From Tannerellaceae bacterium (GTDB taxonomy: Bacteria > Bacteroidota > Bacteroidia > Bacteroidales > CAMTPD01), in the NCBI GenBank assembly GCA_051656605.1, contig JBOGCF010000057.1, forward strand, positions 307 through 64,306: a stretch of DNA of 64,000 bases, in the 5' to 3' direction. Below, one piece after another: positions 47,781 to 57,412 of the stretch. The translations under genes and the position numbers were made by a program. Position 1 is the stretch's first letter; every line of letters starts with the position of its first letter. The notes below the pieces were generated by a model. It made no database searches and was not told the DNA's origin. It saw only the letters and a program-made list of their open reading frames with translations.

Positions 47781-48650
47781 ATGAAAAAGAATGTAGTACT
47801 TTTAAGCGCAGTGATAGCAATGAGTGGACTTGTAGCTTGTAATGGCGGAAAGAAAGCTGCGGATGAAGCGCAAGCTCCTATTGAATCGGTTGCTGCAGGT
47901 TCGGCTGAAGCTCCTCCTGTGCAGGTGGAATATCAAGTAGCAGATCGTCCGCAGGTTGATCTTACTAAATATCCGAAGGATAAAGATGGTTGGTATACGA
48001 TCTTCAACGGTAAAGACTTTACCGGTTGGAGAGGATATAACCGAGATAATATGCCAGCTGCTTGGATCATAAATGACGGAGCAATCCAGATTAAAGGTTC
48101 TGGTGAAGGCGAAGCCGGTGCGAAAGATGGTGGAGATATTGTCTTTGCGCACAAGTTTAAAAACTTTGAACTTGAGATGGAATGGAAGGTTGGTAAAGGT
48201 TCTAACTCAGGTATCTTCTATTTGGCTCAGGAAGTAGACGGAGAGCCTATTTATATCTCGGCTCCTGAGTGTCAGGTACTCGATAATGAGAATCATCCGG
48301 ATGCTAAAATGGGTAAAAATGGCAACCGTCAGTCTTCGTCGTTATACGACATGATTCCGGCTAAACCTCAAAACGCGAAACCAGCGGGTCAGTGGAACAA
48401 AGTGAAGATCATGGTGTACAAAGGTACAGTAGTGCATTATCAAAACGATGAACCTGTAGTGGAGTATCACTTGTGGACCAAGCAATGGGACGATATGTTG
48501 CAAGCTAGTAAGTTTAGCCAAGAGAAATGGCCTTTGGCTTACGAGTTGTTGGCAAACTGCGGCGGTGCTGCCAGAGAAGGCTATATCGGTCTTCAGGATC
48601 ATGGTGATGATGTTTGGTTTAGAAACATAAAAGTAAAAATCTTGGACTAA
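47781..48650 (+). CDS. DUF1080 (3-keto-disaccharide hydrolase-like) lipoprotein
   Basis: 289 aa. Lipobox LVAC, FTGWRGY and a C-terminal GLQDHGDDVWFRNIKVKIL signature. Confidence 0.85.
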   Translation: MKKNVVLLSAVIAMSGLVACNGGKKAADEAQAPIESVAAGSAEAPPVQVEYQVADRPQVDLTKYPKDKDGWYTIFNGKDFTGWRGYNRDNMPAAWIINDGAIQIKGSGEGEAGAKDGGDIVFAHKFKNFELEMEWKVGKGSNSGIFYLAQEVDGEPIYISAPECQVLDNENHPDAKMGKNGNRQSSSLYDMIPAKPQNAKPAGQWNKVKIMVYKGTVVHYQNDEPVVEYHLWTKQWDDMLQASKFSQEKWPLAYELLANCGGAAREGYIGLQDHGDDVWFRNIKVKILD

Positions 48651-48687
48651 TGTAAAAGCCAAGAGGTGTTTTTTTTATTGGTTATTT

Positions 48688-48730
48688 AATGCCAGTCTTA
48701 CAGCGAATGTAAGACTGGCATTTTTTTTTA
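48688..48730 (+). terminator. Rho-independent terminator
   Basis: AATGCCAGTCTTACA / TGTAAGACTGGCATT 15-bp stem followed by a T-run. Confidence 0.85.
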
Positions 48731-48793
48731 TTCTAAAAAAGCTAGTAACTTGCACCGACAATAAATCACAACGAACAAATAATACTAGAAGTC

Positions 48794-49381
48794 ATGAAGA
48801 AGTCGATTTACTATCTTTTATTGATGGTTGCAACGCTAACAATAGCTTCTTGCAGCAGTAAAACAAAATCAGAACAAAGAGAGAGTATACAAGCGCAATC
48901 GGCAGAAATGCTTACTGTTGCTCAGCTTTTGGAAAAAGCACCTTTGCTTATTGATGAAGAAGTGAGTGTAGAGGGTTTGTGTACGCATATTTGTAAACAC
49001 GGAGGAACAAAGATATTTCTGATGGGTGATAGCGATAAGCAGATCATCAGGGTGGAAGCGGATAAGAAGCTGGCTAAGTTCTCTCCGGAGACTTTGAATG
49101 CAATGGTTCGTGTTAACGGTAAGTTGGTCGAGGAGCGTATCGATGAGGCTTACCTGCAAAACTGGGAGGAAGAAATCAAAGCTCAAACGGCTAAGCAGCA
49201 TGGAGAAGGCGGTGCGAGTTGTGCCACAGAACAGGCGGCACGCAATGAAGCTCCGGCTAATACCGACCAACAGCGTATCGATAATTTTAGAGCGCAAATC
49301 AAGCAACGTAACCAGCAAGATGGAAAGAACTACCTCTCATTTTATCACATTGTAGCCAATAGCTACGAAATTATAGATTAA
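48794..49381 (+). CDS. Lipoprotein, unknown function
   Basis: 195 aa. Lipobox TIASC and a CTHIC cysteine pair. Adjacent to, and probably co-transcribed with, the following PepSY-TM gene. Confidence 0.6.
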   Translation: MKKSIYYLLLMVATLTIASCSSKTKSEQRESIQAQSAEMLTVAQLLEKAPLLIDEEVSVEGLCTHICKHGGTKIFLMGDSDKQIIRVEADKKLAKFSPETLNAMVRVNGKLVEERIDEAYLQNWEEEIKAQTAKQHGEGGASCATEQAARNEAPANTDQQRIDNFRAQIKQRNQQDGKNYLSFYHIVANSYEIID

Positions 49382-49394
49382 CAAAGGATTAGGA

Positions 49395-49961
49395 ATGGAA
49401 ATGAAAACAGTGCGTAAATGGTGTCGAAATATTCATCGTGAATTATCGTATCTATTTACAGGTGTAATTTTAGTGTATGCTATCTCGGGGATAGCTTTGA
49501 ACCATAAGAAAGACTTTAACTCAGATTATATAGTAAAACAAGAGTCGTTTGTTGCTGAAGGAGTGTTCCCAATGGCAAAAGAAGCAGTCAATAAAGACTA
49601 TGTACTCGCAACGTTGAAACGCTTTGATGAGGAGAACAACTTTACGAAGTTTTACTTTCCCGATGAGCAGTCGATGAAAGTATTTATCAAAGGTGGTAGT
49701 TCGGTAGTTGTGAATATGAACAATGGAAACGCGGTGTATGAGTCGATCAAAAAGCGTCCTGTATTGCACGTGCTCAATCGTTTGCACTACAATCCGGGTA
49801 AAGGCTGGACCATCTTTTCTGATGTGTTTGCCTCTGCTCTTATTCTAATTGCCATAAGTGGCTTGTTTATAGTAAGAGGTAATAAGGGCCTTTGGGGTCG
49901 AGGCGGTATCGAGTTAGCGATTGGTATCTTAATACCCTTGTTGTTTATTTATTTGATTTAA
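49395..49961 (+). CDS. PepSY-associated TM helix family membrane protein
   Basis: 188 aa. WCRNIHRELSYLFTGVILVYAISGIALNH at the N-terminus and two further TM segments. Confidence 0.6.
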   Translation: MEMKTVRKWCRNIHRELSYLFTGVILVYAISGIALNHKKDFNSDYIVKQESFVAEGVFPMAKEAVNKDYVLATLKRFDEENNFTKFYFPDEQSMKVFIKGGSSVVVNMNNGNAVYESIKKRPVLHVLNRLHYNPGKGWTIFSDVFASALILIAISGLFIVRGNKGLWGRGGIELAIGILIPLLFIYLI

Positions 49962-50061
49962 GACTCTACGGAAGATCCGATTCTTTTTAAAATAAAGACT
50001 CTGTTCTTCTTAACGTATAGGCTCACAACGTCGTAGGTGGCAGTTGTAAGTAACAAAAAAA

Positions 50062-50110
50062 TCCCTCCTGAATAGCAAAGTATAACTTTTTTATTCGGGA
50101 GGGATATTTT
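50062..50110. terminator. Bidirectional terminator between convergent genes
   Basis: TCCCTCCTGAATA / TATTCGGGAGGGA stem with an A-run and a T-run on either side. Confidence 0.75.
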
Positions 50111-50183
50111 GTTGCGTCCTCTTTCAAGAGGATGTTTTAATTCTATAGGGGATAAGAGTTTATGAAAGAGGCGCACAACGTAT

Positions 50184-50912
50184 TTATTCAACAACAACTG
50201 AAGTCATAGTCGGAATATTTGAGGTGTCAGAGCTCATTCCATTATTCTTGTAAGTAAGCTCGTATGATTCTTCACCGTCGAAGGTATTTACTTTAACGAT
50301 GAAATTGAAAGAGTCGGCTCCTTCGTTTTCAGCAATAAGCTTTTCAAGGTCGAAGCAAACGATGCCGTTGGCAAGGTTTCCGTAGTTGTCGCCAAAAGCA
50401 TTTTGTCTAAACTCAAGGGTGTTTAGGTCTGTCGATTCGATGTTTTGAACTAGGTTTACCATGTGTGGTTTTCCTGTCCCACCGGCTCTCATTCTAAAAG
50501 AGATATTTAAGTATCCGTCACCGATCCACATTGCGTCGATAAGCAGAGGGTCGTTGCCAATACTGTCTGCATTGGCAGGAGTCATTTCTACGATAGGTTT
50601 GGTTAAAATGGGCTCGAGGTAGTTTACTTTCACATAGTGATCGTAATCTCCGATGGTGTCGCTCAATAGGGTATAGTTTACCATTGCGCGTGTTGTTTTT
50701 TGTGGACGATATCCCGGTATTGCGGTTGCAGCAACCCAGAGTTTTTGTCCGTTATCCAACGTAAGGTCGTAGTTGCCTTGTGATAATGGATTAACTGTGG
50801 CAATATTAATGACAAAGCTATCAAGAGAGTAGCCATCGTCATCATTGCAGGCGCTAAAAAGCAGTGGGAACAAAAGCATTCCCGTTAGAAGCATTAAACT
50901 AAATTTTTTCAT
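50184..50912 (-). CDS. NigD-like lipoprotein
   Basis: 242 aa. Lipobox LFSACNDDDGY followed by the beta-rich two-domain pattern typical of NigD-like proteins. Confidence 0.6.
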   Translation of the reverse strand: MKKFSLMLLTGMLLFPLLFSACNDDDGYSLDSFVINIATVNPLSQGNYDLTLDNGQKLWVAATAIPGYRPQKTTRAMVNYTLLSDTIGDYDHYVKVNYLEPILTKPIVEMTPANADSIGNDPLLIDAMWIGDGYLNISFRMRAGGTGKPHMVNLVQNIESTDLNTLEFRQNAFGDNYGNLANGIVCFDLEKLIAENEGADSFNFIVKVNTFDGEESYELTYKNNGMSSDTSNIPTMTSVVVE

Positions 50913-51009
50913 CTTGCATTTATTTGTCAGTACATAATGAAAGATGAAGCACTTTGAAAATTCGCTGCAAATTAAAGTTGTTAAAATCAGATTAGGTCTT
51001 CGTAAATAG

Positions 51010-51110
51010 AGGAGCTACAAAAAGCAAGCTTCCTTTTTTTATAAACCAAATAAGGTTTTGAGAAGAACCTTGCTTGGTTTTTGGAAGAACTACACAAGGT
51101 TTATTTTGCG
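51010..51110. repeat. Degenerate tandem units of about 21-24 bp, locus C of the dispersed family
   Basis: AAAAGCAAGCTTCC-T-run, AAACCaaataaGGTTTT and GAACCTTGCTTGGTTTT (51065-51081, 15/17 to 39222-39238). Confidence 0.45.
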
Positions 51111-51131
51111 GTATATTCAGGATTATTTATG

Positions 51132-51177
51132 CATAAAAAAAGGGTCTAAGGCATGAGTTGCATGCTTTAGACCCTTT
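51132..51177 (-). terminator. Rho-independent terminator after lpxB
   Basis: 17-bp stem AAAGGGTCTAAGGCATG / CATGCTTTAGACCCTTT (one G-U pair) followed by a T-run on the minus strand. Confidence 0.8.
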
Positions 51178-51204
51178 GCAGACCGATCGTAGTAAAAGAT
51201 CGGT

Positions 51205-52365
51205 TTATGATTGCGAAGCCGTCAGATTTTGTTTGTCGGCAAGGAACTGTGCGATTTCTTGTGCAGCCTTTTGAGCAGCTCCCGGGTTTCCCAAGCGACG
51301 GATTACATCATCGTATCCATCGAGCATTTGTTGGCGGTAGGCGGGATCAAAAAGGAGCTTATAGAGCTCGTGTCGAATATTTACAGGAGAGAAATTATCG
51401 GTGAATAATTCGGTAACCACTGCTTTGTCGGCAATCAGATTCACCAGAGAGATGTATTTGATATTGAAGAAATACTTGAATACATACTTGCTGATTGGTT
51501 TGAGCGGAGTCTTGTAGCAAACGACCTGCGGAACCTTAAACAGGGCAGTCTCGAGTGTAGCAGTACCGGAGGTTACGAGAGCAGCCTGAGCTTGCTGAAG
51601 CAGGCGATACGTTTGTCCGAAAACAATCTTGCACGAATCCGCATCGATGAACTGATTGTAATAGCTGCGATCGATACCCGGAGCACCGGCAAGAACCATT
51701 TGGTACGAGTTGAGTCCTTTTACCGCTTCGAGCATTACAGGCAGGTTGTTTTGGATCTCCTGCTTCCGACTTCCTGCAAGCAGCGCTATGATGGGCTTGC
51801 GGGAGAGAGAGTTGGATTGGGTAAATGCTTCGAACGTTTCGTCTTTATCGGGACGAAATGCGACAGAGTCTACCGACGGATTCCCAACGTAATCTACCGA
51901 AAGCTGGTGCTTGTTTTTGAAATAGTCTACCTCGAAAGGAAGGATACACAGAAGCTTATCCACATCTTTTTTGATGTTCTTGATGCGATGCTCTTTCCAT
52001 GCCCATATTTTAGGAGATATATAATAGACTACCGGAATGTGTAACTGGTGCTTTACATACTTTGCGATCTTGAAATTAAAACCGGGATAATCTACCAGGA
52101 TCACCACATCGGGAGCAAAGGCTTTGATGTCGTCTTTGCACAGTTGCATGTTGCGGAGTATCGTCTTGAGGTTAAGCAATACCGGCACAAAGCCCATAAA
52201 TGCCATTTCGTGGTAATGCTTTACCAAGGTGCCTCCCTGCTGCTGCATCAGATCACCTCCGAAATAGCGAAACGACGCATTGGGATCGTTTTCTTTAATG
52301 GCAGCCATTAGGTTAGAGGCATGTAAGTCGCCCGATGCTTCTCCTGCTATAATATAATACTTCAT
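51205..52365 (-). CDS. lpxB: Lipid-A-disaccharide synthase
   Basis: I place the start at 52365 (MKYYIIAGEASGDLHASNL). The track ORF extends 40 codons upstream into surE. Confidence 0.92.
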   Translation of the reverse strand: MKYYIIAGEASGDLHASNLMAAIKENDPNASFRYFGGDLMQQQGGTLVKHYHEMAFMGFVPVLLNLKTILRNMQLCKDDIKAFAPDVVILVDYPGFNFKIAKYVKHQLHIPVVYYISPKIWAWKEHRIKNIKKDVDKLLCILPFEVDYFKNKHQLSVDYVGNPSVDSVAFRPDKDETFEAFTQSNSLSRKPIIALLAGSRKQEIQNNLPVMLEAVKGLNSYQMVLAGAPGIDRSYYNQFIDADSCKIVFGQTYRLLQQAQAALVTSGTATLETALFKVPQVVCYKTPLKPISKYVFKYFFNIKYISLVNLIADKAVVTELFTDNFSPVNIRHELYKLLFDPAYRQQMLDGYDDVIRRLGNPGAAQKAAQEIAQFLADKQNLTASQS

Positions 52366-52385
52366 AGGTTTTCCAGATTGGCAGG

Positions 52386-53162
52386 TTATTGGTTTTCCCA
52401 AGACATGAGATGTTGCATAAAGTCGTAATCGGTAGCATCGATTTTGCACGGAACAACAGAGGCATATCCATTGTCGAGAGCCCAAGTGTCATTTGCTTCG
52501 TTGTCGGGATCTGAGTCTCTAAATTCACCTGTGAGCCAGTATACAGGATTGCCCGAAGGGTCTTCTCCCTGCATGTATTCATTTACCCATTTTCCTTTAG
52601 CCTGCTTACAGATCTTGATTCCTTTCACAGTGTTGCCTTCAGGGATATTCACGTTTAGATAAATGCCTTCGGGTAGTGGATTGGCAAGGATTTTAGCTGT
52701 GATTTCTTTGGCTATGCGTTTCGATTCGGAAAAGTCGGCATTGGAGTGGTGATCGGTGATGGAGAATCCGATGGAAGAGATGCCAAAGATACAGCCTTCC
52801 ATTGCAGCACCCATGGTGCCGGAGTAGATTACGGCTACGGCCATGTTGCCACCGTGATTGATACCGGATAATACAATGTCGGGTTTCTGTTGTGGGAATG
52901 CATGCATGTATAGTTTGACACAATCAACCGGACTTCCTGTGCAACGATAATAGGTAACGCCTTCTTCTTTGCGTATTTCTTTGAAGCGTATAGGGTGAAT
53001 CGAGGTAATGGCGCTAGACATTCCGGAGCGAGGTCCGTCGGGTGCGAATACAACTACTTCTCCAAGTTCTCTTACTGCTTCTACGAGTTCGTTAATCCCT
53101 TTTGCACTTATGCCATCGTCGTTTGTGATCAAGATCAGTGGCTTTTTTGTATCGTTATTCAT
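52386..53162 (-). CDS. surE: 5'/3'-nucleotidase SurE
   Basis: 258 aa. ILITNDDGISAKGI motif. Confidence 0.95.
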   Translation of the reverse strand: MNNDTKKPLILITNDDGISAKGINELVEAVRELGEVVVFAPDGPRSGMSSAITSIHPIRFKEIRKEEGVTYYRCTGSPVDCVKLYMHAFPQQKPDIVLSGINHGGNMAVAVIYSGTMGAAMEGCIFGISSIGFSITDHHSNADFSESKRIAKEITAKILANPLPEGIYLNVNIPEGNTVKGIKICKQAKGKWVNEYMQGEDPSGNPVYWLTGEFRDSDPDNEANDTWALDNGYASVVPCKIDATDYDFMQHLMSWENQ

Positions 53163-53508
53163 AGCTTATCGTTTCTATTTTCGAGTAAAGATAATGTTTT
53201 ATCACGATGGTTATATCGATTGCAGATCAACCTTTGTTGTTATTATACTTGATATTGCTTTCAGGTTCCTTTTTATTGAAAAAGGAGTCAAAACAAGTGT
53301 GATTTGTTTTAAAATATGATAATAATAGACGGATAATTAATGTATTAGCCAATTTTTGATTTCTTTTGTTCGAATTTTTATAAATCAAAAACAGTAAGTT
53401 TATTAACAGAAACTGCAAGTTATCAACAGCTAAGTTATAGTTTGAAGGGGATAGCATTGTATAGTTTCTTATTATTATTTATTTTGTCGCTGTTTTTAAA
53501 TTAGTGCT

Positions 53509-54273
53509 ATGGGAAAGACAATAGCTTTAGCAAATCAAAAAGGCGGTGTAGGTAAAACAACTACGACGATCAACTTGGCAGCATCACTTGCTGTGCAGGA
53601 GAAAAAAGTATTGGTAATTGATGCCGATCCGCAGGCCAATGCATCTTCCGGTTTAGGTATAGACATTCGTGAAGTGAAAGCTTCGATATACGAATGTATT
53701 GTGAACGGTATTTCGACCGAAGAGGCAGTATTACCGACCGAAGTGGAAGGTTTGTATATTTTGCCTTCTCATATTGATTTGGTAGGCGCCGAAATAGAAA
53801 TGCTTAATTTGCCAAATAGAGAACGCCTGATGAAAGAGGCGTTGGCGAAAGTAAAGGACCAATATGATTATATTTTAATCGACTGTTCTCCTTCGCTGGG
53901 ATTGATTACGGTAAATGCCCTTACTGCGGCAGACTCTGTAATTATTCCGGTTCAGTGCGAGTATTTTGCACTCGAGGGTATCAGTAAACTATTGAATACG
54001 ATTAAAATAATCAAGTCAAAACTGAATCCGGGACTCGAGATTGAAGGTTTTCTTCTTACTATGTACGACTCTCGTTTGCGACTAGCCAATCAGATCTACG
54101 AAGAAGTAAAACGTCACTTCCAAAGCTTGGTGTTCGATACCGTAATTCAGCGTAATATCAAACTAAGTGAAGCTCCGAGCCATGGCTTGCCGGTGATCTT
54201 ATATGATGCCTCGTCGCGTGGATCATTAAATCACATGCAGTTGGCCAAAGAATTAATCGATAAGAATAAATAA
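53509..54273 (+). CDS. parA: ParA/Soj chromosome-partitioning ATPase
   Basis: 254 aa. Deviant Walker A NQKGGVGKTTT. Confidence 0.95.
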   Translation: MGKTIALANQKGGVGKTTTTINLAASLAVQEKKVLVIDADPQANASSGLGIDIREVKASIYECIVNGISTEEAVLPTEVEGLYILPSHIDLVGAEIEMLNLPNRERLMKEALAKVKDQYDYILIDCSPSLGLITVNALTAADSVIIPVQCEYFALEGISKLLNTIKIIKSKLNPGLEIEGFLLTMYDSRLRLANQIYEEVKRHFQSLVFDTVIQRNIKLSEAPSHGLPVILYDASSRGSLNHMQLAKELIDKNK

Positions 54274-54291
54274 TATAAGAAATCATACTCT

Positions 54292-55182
54292 ATGTCATTA
54301 CAAAGGAAATCTGTATTAGGAAGAGGTCTTGACGCTCTGATCACGTTTGATGAAGTGAAAACCGGGGGGTCTTCTTCGATCAACGAGGTAGAACTGTCAA
54401 AGATTATGCCCAATCCGGATCAGCCCCGATCAGTATTTGACGAAGATGCTTTAAATGAATTGTCGGCATCAATCAAGTCGCTGGGTGTCATACAGCCTAT
54501 AACGTTGCGTGAGATTGATACCGATAAATATCAAATTATATCGGGAGAACGTAGATACCGTGCCTCTAAAATGGCCGGACTTACTGCTATCCCGGCTTAT
54601 ATCCGTACTGCGGCAGATGAACATGTCGTAGAGATGGCTTTGATCGAGAACATACAGCGCGAAGATTTGAATGCTGTCGAGATTGCTCTCACTTATCAGA
54701 AACTGATCGATGTGTATGGACTTACACAAGAACGATTGAGCGAACGGGTAGGTAAGAAGCGTACTACGATTGCCAATTATCTTCGACTACTGAAACTTCC
54801 TGCCGAAATTCAGATGGGATTGAAGAACAAATTGATTGACATGGGGCATGCCCGTGCAATTATTTCGGTTCAAGATCCGGCAAAACAGCTCGAGATTTAC
54901 GAGCTCATCTTGAGTAAAGGCTTGTCGGTTCGTAATGTTGAGGAGCTAGCTCGTGCTGCTTCTAATGGCGAACAGATTGCTGTGCAAACAGAAAATCAGG
55001 CAATTGAAAAGAAAGCAAATTCTGAAGAGTTTGTTTTGTTGAAGAAACATCTTTCAAACTTTTTTAGTACGAATGTTCAACTCGTATGTAATGAAAAAGG
55101 AAAAGGTAAAATATCGATTCCTTTTACGTCGGAAGAGGAGCTTGAAAAGATTATTGCCTTATTTGATACATTAAAAAAATAA
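54292..55182 (+). CDS. parB: ParB/Spo0J partition protein
   Basis: 296 aa. GERRYRAS box and an HTH. Confidence 0.95.
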   Translation: MSLQRKSVLGRGLDALITFDEVKTGGSSSINEVELSKIMPNPDQPRSVFDEDALNELSASIKSLGVIQPITLREIDTDKYQIISGERRYRASKMAGLTAIPAYIRTAADEHVVEMALIENIQREDLNAVEIALTYQKLIDVYGLTQERLSERVGKKRTTIANYLRLLKLPAEIQMGLKNKLIDMGHARAIISVQDPAKQLEIYELILSKGLSVRNVEELARAASNGEQIAVQTENQAIEKKANSEEFVLLKKHLSNFFSTNVQLVCNEKGKGKISIPFTSEEELEKIIALFDTLKK

Positions 55183-55184
55183 AT

Positions 55185-55871
55185 TTGGAAAGAGTGCGTT
55201 CTCGATGTAAATTATTGATATCCTTGTTGCTGTTCCTGTTTTTATTTACATGGAATGCAGCAGCTCAACAAGATCAAGCCGTAGCTTTGCAAGATTCGAT
55301 GGCTGTACAAGATACTGCCCGAATTGCATCGATGATGACTGTTGCAAAGCCCGAAGATCTGGCCAAAGCTTTTAAGCCGTTTAAACCAAATCCAACTAGA
55401 GCTGTCCTATATTCTGCAATCTTACCGGGGTTGGGCCAAATTTACAATCGTAAGTATTGGAAACTACCTATTGTATACGGAGGATTTGTAGGGTGTACGT
55501 ACGCTATCACATGGAATAATAGAAATTATACCGACTATTCAAATGCTTTTAGCGATATCGTGAGTGGTGATCCAAACCGAAATAGTTGGGAGAATTTTAT
55601 TCCTGCAGGTCAAACTCCTGAAACAGTCGATAAAGATTGGTTGCAGAGTTCTTTAAAGAGAAAGAAAGATTTTTTCAGACGCAATCGAGACCTTAGTATT
55701 ATTTGTACCGTAGGTCTTTATGTATTGTGTATGATTGATGCATATGTCGATGCTCAGTTATTTGACTTCGATGTATCGCCCGATCTTTCTATGCGAGTAG
55801 AGCCTTACATGAACGATTACTCGAAAACGAGTACGCGTGAAGTGGGCGTGAATTGCAGTATTAAGTTCTAA
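55185..55871 (+). CDS. DUF5683 domain-containing protein
   Basis: 228 aa. AILPGLGQIYNRKYWKLPIVYGG motif. Conserved position after parB in Bacteroidota. TTG start. Confidence 0.75.
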   Translation: MERVRSRCKLLISLLLFLFLFTWNAAAQQDQAVALQDSMAVQDTARIASMMTVAKPEDLAKAFKPFKPNPTRAVLYSAILPGLGQIYNRKYWKLPIVYGGFVGCTYAITWNNRNYTDYSNAFSDIVSGDPNRNSWENFIPAGQTPETVDKDWLQSSLKRKKDFFRRNRDLSIICTVGLYVLCMIDAYVDAQLFDFDVSPDLSMRVEPYMNDYSKTSTREVGVNCSIKF

Positions 55872-55880
55872 ATCAGAATA

Positions 55881-57395
55881 ATGAAAAGAAAAGGTTGTAT
55901 AATTGTAAGTAGTTTAATTTTAGCGTTTGCAAGTTTGAGCGCTCAATCTAGCGAACAAAATATTCAGGAAAGCGACTCGTTATTTAATAGTATTGAAGAT
56001 AACTTTCTGCCCGAAAGTTTGGATGCTGATCTGGATAGTTTAATGTCTTCTTGGCATACTAAATACTTTACCAAGCGAATCGAATCTTGCTACAACGATG
56101 AATACGACTTTTATATACCAGACTCTGTTTATATCGACCGATTAAACAGACTTCCACATGTAATCCCGATGACTTACAACGAAGACGTGCGTAAGTGTAT
56201 TGACTTATACACAGGTCGTCGTCGTACATTGGTGCAGTATATGCTAGGTATGGCAGACTTTTACTTTCCAATGATCGAGCAGGTGCTTGATAAAAATGGT
56301 CTGCCAATGGAGCTTAAATACTTAACCCTTGTAGAGTCTGCTCTGAATCCGTTTGCTTTATCTCGTATGGGAGCAAGTGGCCTGTGGCAGTTTATGCTTC
56401 CTACCGGACGTGCTTACGGTTTAGAGATAAACAGTCTTGTCGACGAACGTCGTGATCCGCAAAAAGCCACAGAGGCAGCATGTAAATACTTTAAGGACAT
56501 GTATGAGGTGTACGGAGATTGGAATCTGGTAATTGCTTCCTATAATTGTGGACCGGGTAACGTAAATAAGGCTATCCGAAGAGCAGGTGGTAATAAGGAT
56601 TTCTGGGAAATATATAAGTTCCTTCCTCGTGAAACACGCTCTTATGTTCCCTTGTTTATTGCTGCAAATTACGTAATGAATTACTATTGCGACCACAATA
56701 TCTGTCCGCTGCAAGCAGCTTTGCCTGTTGTAACCGATACGATTGTTGTCGATAAAATGCTCCATTTGCAGCAGGTCTCTGACGTGTTGGGATTGAATAT
56801 AGAACAGCTTAGAGCATTGAATCCTCAATACAAACGGGATATTATTCCGGGGCATGGAAAACCATATCTTCTTAATTTGCCTGTATCCGAAGCTTTGACT
56901 TTTAGCGAAAAAAGAGACTCTATTTATAACTACAACTTTAATACGTTTTTCGCAAATATAAATCCGAATGCTAATAATGCCGGTAATGTGGCCGATAAAG
57001 AGCGTATAACTCATATTGTAGGTAAGAAGGAGACGCTTATGTCAATAGCGAATAAGTATGGAGTTACCTCTAGTCAGATTAAGAAATGGAACAATCTCTC
57101 TTCTTCCCGTGTTCCTACAGGCAAGAAACTCGTGATTCATGTAGATAATGGAGGCGTATTATTGGCAGAGAAGAAACAAGCTTCGGCCGTGAAAGAAGAA
57201 AAGGTGGTGTCAAAAGTGGCATCAAGTGAACAAGGCTCCGATAACTTTAGTTATTATAAAGTGAAGAAAGGAGATTCTCTTTACACAATATCAAAACAAT
57301 ATCCAGGTGTTACTACTTCTCAAATTCAGAAAGCAAACGGAATTGCAGGAAGTAATATTAAGCCTGGCCAAACATTGAAAATTCCTATTGTTTAA
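55881..57395 (+). CDS. Lytic transglycosylase (MltD-like) with two LysM domains
   Basis: 504 aa. SLT catalytic context LVESALNP...GLWQFM and two C-terminal LysM repeats. Confidence 0.88.
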   Translation: MKRKGCIIVSSLILAFASLSAQSSEQNIQESDSLFNSIEDNFLPESLDADLDSLMSSWHTKYFTKRIESCYNDEYDFYIPDSVYIDRLNRLPHVIPMTYNEDVRKCIDLYTGRRRTLVQYMLGMADFYFPMIEQVLDKNGLPMELKYLTLVESALNPFALSRMGASGLWQFMLPTGRAYGLEINSLVDERRDPQKATEAACKYFKDMYEVYGDWNLVIASYNCGPGNVNKAIRRAGGNKDFWEIYKFLPRETRSYVPLFIAANYVMNYYCDHNICPLQAALPVVTDTIVVDKMLHLQQVSDVLGLNIEQLRALNPQYKRDIIPGHGKPYLLNLPVSEALTFSEKRDSIYNYNFNTFFANINPNANNAGNVADKERITHIVGKKETLMSIANKYGVTSSQIKKWNNLSSSRVPTGKKLVIHVDNGGVLLAEKKQASAVKEEKVVSKVASSEQGSDNFSYYKVKKGDSLYTISKQYPGVTTSQIQKANGIAGSNIKPGQTLKIPIV

Positions 57396-57412
57396 CAGAT
57401 AATTTAGTAACT

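Noticed and set aside
50019-50188. Repeated word GCNCACAACGT at about 50024 and about 50171 flanking the convergent terminators
   Set aside because: There are only about 9 matching nucleotides and two copies, which is compatible with chance.
53163-53508. AT-rich surE-parA intergenic region as a possible oriC
   Set aside because: I found only one near DnaA box (TTATCAACA) and no cluster. dnaA and dnaN are not nearby.
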